This document shows, one piece after another, positions 51,851-64,000 of a DNA stretch of 64,000 bases; position 1 is the first letter of the stretch; each line of letters starts with the position of its first letter. This DNA is from Bispira polyomma (taxonomy: Eukaryota): positions 53,196,001 through 53,260,000 of the forward strand of contig OZ287752.1 in assembly GCA_965649765.1 (NCBI GenBank), given 5' to 3'. Made by a program: the position numbers and the translations under genes. The notes beneath the pieces are model-generated. The model was not told where the DNA came from. It saw only the letters and a list, made by a program, of their open reading frames with translations, and searched no databases.

Positions 51851-52450
51851 GAATATGCTTGAGGTTTTATAGCACAGATACCAACAAAGGGCAACTTGTA
51901 TATAGAAATCATTTAAAGGCAAATACTGGAAAGAATTTTGAAAATCTTTATGGAGTTAAATCAGGAATGTTAACACCAAGCATCAAAGTATGATATCGCA
52001 ATTTACTTAAACCATTTTTATTTGTAGTTATCTAGACCCTCATACTGTATACCATTTACAAGACTTTAAATTTTTATCTTGGGTCTTTTTTCCTGATATC
52101 TTCAATAAACCACTGCAGATGTTAATGATCTCACTCAAAATTAAACTTAATTATTCAAATTTTGCGTTTTAAACTTAGAGACTGGGTTGGTCTTAGATCT
52201 CAATCTTATTTGAATGAATCAAAACTTCGAAGTTTAGTGGACAGCTTTGGCTCCATTAATTACATTACGTTTTTAGTTGGATTGCATATATCTAGCAAAT
52301 CTTCAATTCGTGTGATACACCACAACAACTTCATAATTTATGTGCTGATGATGCCTTTCAGTGCAAAGCCAGTTATTATTACTGGTAATTTTTAAAGTGC
52401 TTCATCAAAGAAAAATAAATAGGCTGGTGAGTGTAAAAACATTTAAAATA

Positions 52451-54950
52451 TGTGTCCAGCACGACCATTTTAGGGGCCTGCTGCCTCAGTTACAAAGTAC
52501 TACCCTAAATCATTTTCCACAGTCCTTTCTTTCTCTCTTTTCTGTCTATCCCACACTACCCCCTAAACCAATAGCAATTAACACCTAATTAATTATTATG
52601 TGAGGCACTACATTTGGGAGCGATATTGAAAATTGCTACCAACAAGGTAACATTCAGAAAAGTTTCAAGGATTTGTGAATGTTATAAATTTTATCTGTGT
52701 CTTTATTTTAGTTTTAGTTTGTTTTTATGACTTTAATTGTACATCATGGGGCATACAAAGAAGACACCCTACAATGTTCCTCAACTGAAAGAGAAGGCAA
52801 CTACAAAGAGAGCCAACAGCAGAACTGAAGGTCTAGTATCAGTATACTATCCTGTTGGAAGTAACCTACAGATTCCATTATCCGAAGCTGACACTAGCAC
52901 TGCAGCCCCAGACGCCCTCAAAGGGTTGCCCGAAGTAATGGGCATACTTCGCAGCCTTAAAGCAGCCAGTGCCCATATCAACAAAGGGCTGGACCAAATC
53001 GAAGCTAGAGCAACAACTTTAGTAGTACTCATCCGAACCTAAGCATATACTTAGCACAAGCATCTCCACTGTTACAACCAGCAGGTTTTCTGCCCTAGGC
53101 AACGCATGCGAGCCATTAAAAATTCCAACAGGACGGTATTATTCTTAAATTAGACGTTCTGAAATCAATGGCTGACGTCAACACGGCTGTAAATTAATGC
53201 TTGGCCATATATGACGCAAGACTCACTCAGACATAGATCCAGACGCTTGAAGACTATCCAGACGCTTGAAGACTACTGATATATGTCCCACTGAACCCAA
53301 GCGTCGCTGGCCACCATTTGATGAACTTTCTCTCGCTCAATAGGTGGCTGGTCAGCTGTTCTGATCAGCTGTCTGATATTACTCTCATGAAGCAAGTGAT
53401 ACTTCGGGTCACCTACTCACTTCGGGATGCAAAACTCACATGTAACACAGGGTACACAAAAACCAAAAGTCAGCTGCAAGTGTTTCAAATCTAGATCTTG
53501 TAGCCACGATAGCGACCACAGTTAGTGCAGACACATCTGCTCTCACTGTTTCAAGCATTTAAACAAAAAGAGCAATCACCCTGAATTTAAATGCTTGAAG
53601 GTGAACAGCTCTAAAACCACTAGTTAGGGCTTCTGTCGACCTCCTAGATCACTACCACACATAGACAATGACTCTAGTTTTATAATTTGTGAGGATATTG
53701 GTAAAAAATTTAATTTTGGTAAATATAACCAAAATTTATAATAATTCAAAACTGAACACAATTAAGGTTTCAGATAATAAGATTACTAGAACAAATGTAG
53801 ACAAAGGATGTGACGATGTGCATAATGTATTTCAGGAATTGCTGAATGTTGATTCTCACAATAATATGAATCCTGCTGATGTCATGAATAAGTGTTTGGG
53901 CAGTACAGCCTATTATGGAAACTTTAATGTTAATACTAACACCACAGACAACCCCACCGCTAATGTTGGTGGAGTACATAACAAAGGGTTAGGGGAAGTC
54001 ATCCAAAGGGTCAATGATTGCCAACTCAAATATAATGCTCATAACGTGTCCATGCAAGGTTTAAATCTCACCTGTGTCTGTAGAGTGTCGGTATTAGAAC
54101 CTCCCAGTTACTTTAATATATTTCTATGTATCCCATAATACACTGAATCCATTGAATCGTCTGAAGCCGTGTCAGGTTTTTATCATGAAATCGGCGACAA
54201 TGTGAATAATAGTATCACTTATTCAATTGTGAAGCAAATTCCTACCTTATCAATTAATATTGTGCATACGTAAAGGACTTAGACTGTGATAAACCTGAAC
54301 AAAAACAAAATTGGTGGTTACACCACTGAACAATTGGAAGAAGCCAACTCAGTGTGGTCAAATTATAATAAACATATTCGCAATATAATTGACGAGTTAA
54401 TCCTAGATAATCATTTAGGTGATGTATATACAAAACATGATAGCACCACAGGTGTTATAAATGGGAAAATAACAAAAGCTAATCTCACACAACGCTCTGT
54501 TTGTGACTTAATGGACAAGTCAAGCAGCTTGTCCATTAATTCTTATTCTTCTTCTGAAATTTACCAGGCTGAGATTTATATGATTAAAATAAAACAACAT
54601 GTTTTCTCAAAATGTCCGAAACCAAATTTGAATTTATTGGTCATAACAGGGAGTTTGTCCCCATCAAATCTGTGCAAAAAGCATTGAAAACAAAAGTACT
54701 TTAAATTACCAACTGTCTCTTATACCAATTAAATCGGACCTCAAATTCCTGCTTGGGAAAAATCACCCAAAATCATCCAGTCAATGTATTGTTTAATACC
54801 TCAAATATGGTTTCCCACTTTCACTTATAAACCCTCACGTTCTAGTCGATACAAACATTATTAATCATGCATCAGCTATACAACATGAAGAAGCAGTACT
54901 AGCCTACTTAACTAAAAAGAAACATGAAGGGGCGATATTAAGCACAGTTT
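52451..54950 (+). mobile_element. E6: 5' half of a DIRS-order element (A repeat, gag, pol N-extension, RT start)
   Basis: A-start motif shared with E1 and E2; MGHTKKT gag; zinc finger ..HICSHCFKHLNKKSNHPEFKC; IPIKSDL..YLKYGFPL..NHASA. Confidence 0.8.
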
Positions 54951-54964
54951 GCCAATGTCACAGG

Positions 54965-56207
54965 CAAACAAAAAATCCAGGTATTCATGGCAACAATTTT
55001 GGGACAACGTAATCTCAGAATTTAAAAGGACCTCAGCTTTCAGATTAGGCATACATATTTAGTTTGTTTCAGAGAGGAACCATTTGTAAATTAGTGTTAA
55101 TACAGCTAGAATTAAGGAAAAAACAGCCATTTTTCTGTTTTGGAGATCATCAAATTTGATTGAAGGGTCCATTATCACATATTTCTGGTTAATCAGTTTT
55201 ATCACTATTATACGTCTTAGTGGAATAAATTAAGTGATCTTATCAGCTGATTCATTGATGTATAGTTTTCGTTGTTTTTGTGAATGAAATTAGAGTACGG
55301 AGTAAGAACACAGGATTTATTGAACGTGGGCAGTGACACGATCGAAACCCTCTAATTTTTTTATTTTAGACCTACTAGACTAGGTTTGCATTCTCTCGAA
55401 CCCTAAACGCATATCTGTCAACAAAACCTGGATATTTGCAAATCAAAAATCGCTAGATCTGTGGGAAACTGTGATTGAACTTCAAAATATATAAAAGAAT
55501 TAAAATGGTAAAATGGCCGTTTAATCTTCTATTTGTGATGCTTTGATATTCATCCTTTTGATCCTGGAATGACATAACTGCACATAATGAAACATAGACC
55601 AATTGGTGTCGCAAAAATATCCTGGTATATGGCCGTAGTTTTCTTGATATTTTACTGCATTGAATGGTTTTATCTTCATCAAAACATTTAGCATTCACCA
55701 GGAGAAGCCGCTTTCCGAATTTGATCACAATATACAACACAAAAGGTTATATTTTATACACAATATTTTTGTTAATTTTGTTTTTCTCCTTTTAGTGAAA
55801 TTCCTGGTAATATTTACTAGTATCGCTGGTAAATACTTTTGTCAATTTTGTTGTTTTTCTTTTTGTGAATTTCCTGATAGTATAGTATCGGTGGTACACT
55901 TTGTAAATATTTTTAATCATGTTGAAAATACAGCTGCCATAGTTCATTCTAGTTATTACTAGGATCCTTTTCTGGAACTCTTGTCCAAATTTTCACCAAC
56001 AATATCCCTTCCAAATCAAAATGTGACGTCCTTTTATACCACCTTTAGACAACATAAATAATGCCTTCCTCTGTTTCAAAATCCACCTCTTTTGCCGTGC
56101 TAACCGGCGTGTTAAAAACCTATGGATTCCATTACTTTCAGCTCTCTGTGGCGATGTTCAAATGAACCCTCAGCCTTTCCAATCAAATAAAAAATTGGTG
56201 CCTTTAA
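54965..56207. mobile_element. Probable non-autonomous DNA-transposon-like insertion truncating E6
   Basis: Abrupt loss of RT homology, non-coding, ends in ggtgcctttaa; matching left TIR not found. Confidence 0.3.
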
Positions 56208-56221
56208 TGCCAGATCCAGCT

Positions 56222-56565
56222 TATTTGGAATTCTAATTATGTATTTGGAATTCCGAATAGCGTATTTAGAATTCTAAATATATATTTGGAATTCCAAATA
56301 GAGTATTAGAATTTTAAATACCTTTTTAGAATTCCAAATAGGGTATTTAGAATTCTAAATATGTATTTGGAATTCCAAATAGGGTATTTAGAATTCCAAA
56401 TACGTATTTGAAATTCCAAATAGGGTATTTAGAATTCCAAATAGCTTATTTGGAATTCGAAATACATATTTAGAATTCCAAATATGAATTTAGAGTTCCG
56501 AATATGTATTTAGAATTCCAAATACTTGTTTAGAATTCCAAATACAGTATTTTGAATTTTGAATT
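56222..56565. repeat. Minisatellite of ~17 palindromic 18-mers (consensus tatttRgaattccaaata) with 2-3 bp spacers
   Basis: tatttggaattccaaata is a perfect palindrome; period mostly alternates between 20 and 21 bp. Confidence 0.92.
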
Positions 56566-56589
56566 TGGTTGGTAGTTCTAGGCTTTTGT

Positions 56590-57140
56590 ACTAACTCCCA
56601 CCAATCTGAATACAGAATATTTCGCTCCGCGGAGAGTGCCTTGCTTTCAATCAGTGATGACATTAACCTTGCCCTGGATTGTGATGAAACTGTAGCCATC
56701 ATGCTTCTGGATCTTTCCGCAGATTTTGAGACCATCGACCATGACTTACTCTTTGACACCCTAAAACAGTGGTTTGGTCTTAAAAGTACTGTCCTTCATT
56801 AGATTAAATCGTACCTTGCTCTTAGAATCCTAAAAATCATATTGGGCGACCACTTTTCATCCTCTTTTAACCTACCTTTCGGAGTACCTCAGGGGTTGGT
56901 TATTGCCCCTCTACTTTTTAACCTCTACACCCATCCTCTTGGTGCACTCATCAATAATCACAATGTCAAACATCACATGTATGCTGATGACACTCAAATC
57001 TAATAGGACTTTAGGTAGGATTTAGTGAAAATCTATCTCTTTCTCTTAACCCTCATAATGCCAGAAACAACATGTATTTACTTGCTGATTGTCTCGCCTT
57101 AATTCAGGCGTAGATGAGCTACTCAAAACTGAAATTACAC
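56590..57140 (+). mobile_element. L2/CR1-group LINE RT fragment
   Basis: [45 protein letters not shown]. Confidence 0.9.
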
Positions 57141-57201
57141 CCGGTTTTATTGACTCAGTAATTTATTTAATCTGCTTGTAGGTATTTTTATATTTGTTCA
57201 G

Positions 57202-57998
57202 ATATATAAACAAATTTCTACATGACAAGAAATCACTCTCAGAAATAAAACATTTACCAAATATAATTGATGATGAGTATGGGAATTTTAGAAGTGCCAA
57301 AGTACCAAATGTTCAAGGAATTACTCAGTTTGGCATCTACATTTCTGAAACAAATAAAATTCCTAATGAAAAAAAAATATGCAAATATTGCGTTTGAAAG
57401 CTCAAACTATTACTGTGGTACTCTGTTAAATGAAGGAGGTGTTTTGTATGTCTTTATTTTGACTTCAGATATATTTCAGAATGCACAGGTATGGTATATC
57501 AATATATACATGCTTGTTTTCATTCTAAGGTGAATCTAATATGTAATCTGTTATTAATAATTGATCTTATCTTTTAAACATCAACTATGCTCCACAATAA
57601 GAAAACCTAGGGCCTCAGTGGAGCAGTGCTAACACAATGGCCTCCCACCACTATGGTCTCGGTTTGTATCTCTGCGGGACCTTTAAGTGGGAAAGATGGC
57701 AGTTACTTTGCCGATGGTTGGTTTCAAGTGAAAAATCTATACATTAGATTCCTCCAGCACTCAATACTCCTGTCAAGATATGATCTATAGAATCTGTTTA
57801 AAGCGACATTTAACCCAAAAATCAAATGCTCCACAAAAAGTGTTATAAAGTCTTTTGTAAAACTATTTTATTTGTTCTAAAGGCTGAGATAGTCACTGTG
57901 GGTGTGGACACGACAGCTGCACCAATTGTGAATAGACAAAACATCAACTTTATTGCAGAAGAATCTAGTCAAGTAGTTGACTTCCCATATGAATCCAG
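57202..57998 (+). pseudogene. Two-exon relic of a paralogue of the receptor (equivalent to exons 34614-34899 and 35459-35571)
   Basis: 57202-57488 YINKFLHD..DDEYGN..AKVPNVQGITQFG..DIFQNAQ (1-bp insertion in an A-run). 57883-57998 AEIVTVGVDT..PYESR (donor GT changed to AT). Same splice phases as the main gene. Confidence 0.85.
57610..57825 (+). mobile_element. tRNA-derived SINE
   Basis: gggcctcagtggagcagtg head, gtgggaaagatggcagttact core, gatatga..tgtttaaagcgacatttaacccaaa tail. Confidence 0.65.
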
Positions 57999-58079
57999 AT
58001 GGCTTTTTTGATTTGATTTAAAATGCAATAATATGTGAACAAATATTTATGCAGATTTTAAATAAATAGGGTGAGATTA

Positions 58080-61000
58080 TTGTGAGAGAGGCTGAATTCT
58101 TTTGTGCATTTTGTATGTGTTGAGTAAGCAACGCTGGTCAGTTGAAACGAAAAAATAAATAACCTTTTCCTAATGTTGGCTTGAAGGGGTTCAGCCTTCA
58201 CCTTAGAAATCCCAGTGCAGAAAGATTGAAAAATAAAGTATAAAAATACATATGATTAGCTCAGCTCTGTCTACTGTTCAACCAGGTGCTAGTAAGGTGG
58301 TAGGAATTTGGGGTTTTAACGTGCTAAACTAAATCAGTGCGAAGGTAGCCAGTGAGGGAGCAACATCTCTTTTCATTGCAACAAGGCGCGGCTTGTTGGG
58401 CTTAAAAAAAAGAGGCTCTGAACTAGAAATATCAAGGGGGGAGATTTGGAAAATTGCCTTAGTACACTTGATATTACTCAGACAAGCCAGGTTTTGTTGT
58501 GGGGAAGGAGATTCTTGTATAATTCCAGTATGTCTACATTCTACTGCAAAATGTGTTACCAGTTGGGAAAAGAACCCAAACATGTGCGACCTGTGGGGAG
58601 AAACTGCATGTAAATTGACCAGTAGCTGAACAAGAACAGGCTGTTACTAATGAGAGTGCCCAAGGTGAAGATAACCCAGTGGTAGAAGATCCCAACAACT
58701 CGTTGGCTGTAATTTTAGCAAAAATTACAGCTCTGGAAGAAAACAACAGAAGGTTAGAAACGAAGATTGATGTACAAAGTGAAAGATCTATCAGCGTGAT
58801 GTCGCATAGTTCACCTAAACGGGGGCATCACTGCTCCAAGAAGTGTAATGTGTCGTCTAGAAAGGCTCCCAGTGCTCAGGCTGACTTTTTTGATGAGGAG
58901 GACAGCGTGTTACCCGACCAGAACTTTCTGCGCACTAATGAGCAGATACAGAAGCAAGTGCAACAACAGATTAAACATTTGCAGGGAACAGAATGGGACT
59001 CAGGTACGAACAAGTTAAATTCTGGTCTTGTTAGAACAAATGAACAAAAAAGTAAAGTACATGTACCATGGCCACACGAGTTTTGCTATACCGGTATGAG
59101 TGGGAAAAATCCCAAATACGATGAGTTAACCCCCTTTCAGTTCATGTTTGGTTTTATCGGCTGTCTGCAAGAGGAAACTAGTAGGAAAATTAGAGATAAT
59201 ATGTTAGAATATCTCAAATTATTGATGCAGGATGCAATGGAAACTAACTGGGGAACAGTCAAAAGGGCCCATGGTGTAGTGTTACAAACCAAAGAAAGGG
59301 GTAAATGCACGTGGGTTGATTTTGAGATTATTGATAGAATACGCATGAGAAACACACAACGCACGTTACAGTCAAATGGAACCCAGCAATGGGGCAAGTA
59401 TACTGGGGGACAAGGGGGGTCTCAAGCAAAACGAGAAATCATTTGTGCAAAGTTCAATAGTAACATGTGTGCCTTTCTGATTGATCACACAGAAGGTAGT
59501 CAAGTTATGAAGCACGCATGTGCTTTCTGTTATAATGTAACAAAAAGATACTTGGCCCATAAGCAATGTGATTGTCATCGCATGTCAAAAAACAGGGAAA
59601 AGAAAAAGTACTCAACCCAGAGTTTAAAATATGTAAAAAGAAGTAGTAGGGAAAAATCTATTATTAGATGTATACATTTGAATGTATTTCAAGAATAAAT
59701 TAATGTGCCCAAGGTACATAAAGCGCAGGGCGCTCACCCCACCCCTTGGAGTAAACCTGTATATACAAATGCATGTTGCAAAAGTTTTATGAATTCAATG
59801 TGTAATCATGAAAAACATTCATGTGTAGAGCAATATAATTCTACACATGGAGTGCAATGTAAATGTGTAGAAAACAGGACCAGAGTATGGCCCCCTAGTG
59901 AAAACTGTGATGATAGTGAACACGTGTTTTATAATTCAGTGCACAATGACAGTAGTCTGTGCAGGAATTGTGACACGAGTGCAACAGCTGATTAGGTTAA
60001 TGGTACCAAAGTACGTGTTCTTCCCATAAGTGACAGTAGGCGACAACAACAATTGAATGACGTAGGGGGGGATTAATGATAGTTCATATGAACAACATAG
60101 TAACCCCAATACTATTTATAATGAAGTCAGTCACAAGGGGGAACAAAGTAACATGTACAAGGACAAACAACAGTTATGTAGTGTTATTGATACTGGCAAT
60201 GACAAGAATTTCTATTGTGTTGATAAATCAGATGGTGTTGTGGCAAGGCTACCTTCACACACAGATTTGTTGACTAATAACCAAGTTGATTTTAAACATA
60301 ATGAAATATGTCATACTTTGGTAAATTTTAACAACAGTACCAGTAACACTTATGGCTACAAAAGTAGTAATGAGGGCAATAAGCTACAAGATTTTAGCTT
60401 TAGTAAAAGACGTGGTACAACCACTGATTTTAATGACTTTGAACAAAGACAAAAATTTCCGGATCATAATGTACACATACAGACCAGTACTGGTATTAAG
60501 AAGAGCATTATGATACTAGATGGGTCCATGTGAGAGTGATATCTTTGCTGCATTGCATTATTCACCAATGTTATCGCGTACAAAGCCAAATGCGTCGCGT
60601 CGAATAATAATTGACTTAAGCTGGCCACATGGAGCATCTGTTAGTTCAGCCATAAGTGATGACATCTATGATGGACAAAAAAATGAGTTGAAATATCCAA
60701 CTATAGATCACATTGTTCAAAAAATCACACAAATAGAACCTCAAGCTCGGCTGTTCAAAACGGACATAAGTAGGGCTTTTGGAATATACGTTTAGACCCA
60801 GGTGACTATGATGTCATGGGTATAACACATTGAGGTAAAAGCTATGTAGATTTAAGTGTGGCTTTTGGGTTAAAGACCGGAAGTGCTATATGCCAGCGAA
60901 TCACGGACGTTCTACGTGACGTCAAGGTGTCACAGGGTTTCTGTGTTCTAAATTATATAGACGACGTAATCGGTATTGTGACGTCAGGAGACGCAGAAAA

Positions 61001-63000
61001 GGCTCATCAAAAATTACAAGATTTGTTCAAATATCTGGGTTGACCTATCAATCCTGACAAACTGGATCTGCCATCCACTGAGCTTATCTGTATGGGTAAA
61101 CACGTTAACGTTGCTACTGGTGTGATTTCCATTCCTGAAGATAAACTTGTAGAAATAAAGCAGGTCTGTTGAGAATGGACGGGAAAACCAGGGCTTTAAA
61201 AAGGGAAATGCAAAGTTTACTTGGCAGATTGTTGTATTTGCATAAATGTGTTAACCCTGCACGTCTGTTCGTAAACTGAATGTTGCAAACGTTGCGTAGT
61301 GTAAATAGTGCAGGTAAAGTCAAGCTCACTAAATCCTTTTTAGGGATCTTAGGTGGTTCAACAATTTCTTGCAGGATTATAATGGTAACATAGTTAATAA
61401 TGCGGCCAAACCACAAGAGGAAGTCTTTGTGGACCCGTCCTTAACAGGTATAGGGGCAAAATGTCAGGGAGATGTGTATGTAGCTGCATATCCTCCTGAT
61501 GCAATAAAAGGATTAACCATTGTGCATTTTGAGATCTTGAATGTGTTGGTGGCACTTAGGTTGTGGGCAAAAAATTGGCAAAATCAAAAAAATTGCGTGT
61601 GGTGTGATAACATGGCTGTTGTGCAGGCTCTGAATTCGGGTAGAATGTGGGATAATTTCTTGATGGCATGTGCCAGATCAATCTGGGCATTGGCTGCTGA
61701 GCATGACATTACTTTGGAATATAAACACAAAAATGGTTAACAAAATGGTCACGCTGATGCCCTATCCGGATGGTTTTCAGGAAAAACTTTAGATGTGTTT
61801 TGGCCTGATTTTACAATTTGATTTTAGGTACTGTAGCAGGCAACCAGCTGTTGCAAGGGGCTGCCTGCAGAATTAAGTCAGGTCTACAACCTCGTAAAGC
61901 CAACCCATATACAGAAAAATTTAATATATTTCTTGGGTTTGCCACTTATTTCAAGATTTCATATAAATTATTAACTGTTGTACTCATGTTCTTGGAATAT
62001 TTGGTTATTCAGGGCAATGCAGCGCAATCTTTACAAAATTATTTGTCTGCAATCAGGCATTTCTTTGGCATTTATGGCCTTTCACAGAAGTGCTTAGCAC
62101 ATAGGAAAATCAACTTATTTCTCAAATCTGTTGCAATGAATGCACCTTACAAACCAGTTATAAAAGGGGCCTTTACCATCAAAGACATAGAAAAAATTTC
62201 AGTAGCATGTAACCACGTTCGACATGGATTGGTCTATAGGGCTATATTTTTGATGGCTTTTATATTTTTTTCCCCTATCTAATATGGTGCCTAGTTTTAT
62301 GTACGGATTTGACGTTACAAGGCATTTTACAGTCAATGATGTGATATTTGCTCAACCAGGGGCTCACTTGGTGGTCAAGTAGCAAAAGGCCATGCAAGGG
62401 TCAAATAAAGTGCAAATTGTTCAAATTCATCAGCTGCATCAATCAGCTTTATGTCCTGTCTTTGCAATCAAACAGCATAATAGAAAAACAAAAATTTCAG
62501 GAGATGATCCTTTATTTGTCATATATAAAGGTATAAAGTTGGTACCAGCTACTGCCTATGAAGTCAGAAGAACTTTGGCTTACATTTTAGCACAGCTAAA
62601 CATTGATTACAAAAATTATGGATTTCATGCATTTAGGTGCTCAGGCGCCTCATTTGCATTTAACAAAGATTTGCAATTGCAAAGCATTCAGGCACACAGT
62701 GGTTGGAAAAGCCAGGCCATTTGGCATTACTTATAATTCACTCCCCAGGCAGGTGCATTAGTGGCTAATACGTTTAAAAAATATGTCACCACAACATGAT
62801 TGGGTTTGGGATATTTTTTTAATATATATGGACACTAATTTTAGAAATTAACAACTGTAGCTTGATGTTTTAACCCGTATGTGTAATACTAATAAAATGC
62901 CCCAAAGTGTTATTATATTGTTGTGTTATCATTAACAATAGCTCAAGCTATGTATCACACCAAAGGTCAAACATAATCTTGCAAGAATATCACTAACTTG
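58080..63000 (+). mobile_element. E7: DIRS-order element (gag, pol, YR present; A2/B2 not found)
   Basis: Gag 58540-59698 (WPHEF..YDELTPFQF..CAKFNSNMC..HACAFC). RT YSPMLSRTK..RRIIIDLSWP..FGLKTGS..NYIDDV. RNase H 61200-61820. YR 61828-62799 (YGFHAFRCSGAS, HSGWKSQAIWHYL). Confidence 0.9.
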
Positions 63001-64000
63001 GTTTTGAACTGAAGGACAGAGCCTGCTGGGGTAATTTTGACTTGTAGACTGATATGCATAACACACAGATGTTTTATCTATTCTCAAATATTAGGCTTGA
63101 ACTTGATAAAAAATACTGTAGCACCCTAGCCTAAATGATCTAATAGCATTTCTACATGGTTGTTTCATCACATAAAAAACATTCATGGTTACTGGATTTG
63201 CAAACTCAGTTTTATTTTTCTACTTCATTTATATAATGTACTTTGAATAATTAATTGGTCTGGTGCATACAACATAAACTTTGCCAGAATTTTTTTTATT
63301 TTTTTTAAATTGTGTTATCTTTATTGCAAGCTGATCAAAAATCCATGTATATATTTCAAGCCTTCTATCTGGTGTTTTTAGTGTATCCATCCTTGTTGTT
63401 AATAGTGAGTGTGAAATTCTCAGTATCAACTTTACTGTAACAAGTGGCAATGATGTGGTTGTTCAAAATGTTATTTAAAGTGGTCAAAGACATCAGCTGG
63501 TAATTGAATGTTCAAACGGCATATATTTCAACAGAGAAAATAACATTCATATACAAAATAGACCCCACCAATATGTATTAATACTCACACCACATATTTT
63601 TTGTGACCTTGTCATTAGGATTTTACTCTTGTTTGCAGAAAGTCAAGCTCACTGATAACGACCCAGGTTATGTTGTAGAACTATAAGTTTTAATTATCAA
63701 GCACCTTAGAGGATGATATAGCATGACACAATTGGTATTCAATAATAATAATATTCGTATAAGCGCATTTGAAATGTTATTACTACATATAAATCGCGTT
63801 ATATCAAATATATATGTTATGTTATGTTATTGAGACCATAAAAAGTGCCAGCCAATAAAAATTTCTTTAAAATATCCATCCTCTCTTTAAGCGTGTGTAT
63901 ACGTGTTTGATAATGGTAAATAGTTGTACCTTTTTTATATATCTTATACCCTGGTCCCACCGGCCGTCACGTTAGGAGTCGTGTGAAAATTAATTTGCAT

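Noticed and set aside
56222-56565. CRISPR-like array
   Set aside because: Spacers are only 2-3 bp, there are no cas genes, and the context is eukaryotic.

Overview
AT-rich eukaryotic (metazoan, probably marine invertebrate) genomic DNA; nothing here looks prokaryotic. Two layers are interleaved. (1) A + strand gene of about 20 exons (9647-45808, about 984 aa, all splice phases checked by hand) encodes a type I membrane receptor: signal peptide, EMI/CCxGY-like domain with a Trp/Tyr-rich cysteine-ladder insert, two EGF repeats, several uncharacterised beta-rich modules, FN3, TM, and a short tail with four tyrosines including an ITAM-like pair. It has one in-frame TGA at a predicted Cys position, and a two-exon paralogous relic lies at 57.2-58.0 kb. 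(2) A dense cluster of at least 8 diverged, decayed tyrosine-recombinase (DIRS-order, Ngaro/PAT-like split-direct-repeat) retrotransposons, one structurally complete and nested inside another, plus L2/CR1-type LINE fragments, a Penelope-like relic, a Gypsy integrase relic, tRNA-derived SINEs and MITE-like elements. Comparing the YR elements shows three shared features I do not recognise as described: a conserved, G-U-rich rod-like RNA in a ~550-bp unique spacer between the A2 and B2 repeats (a possible second transcription unit); a conserved phase-1 splice donor/acceptor pair fusing the Gag N-terminus to the ATG-less recombinase; and an unknown domain in a long N-terminal extension of Pol. Element labels: E1 1-3130 (+), E4 ~4925-7900 (-), E2 11609-22783 (-), E3 15312-21908 (-), E8 ~23900-26830 (-), E5 ~48150-51850 (+), E6 ~52450-54950 (+), E7 ~58080-63000 (+).
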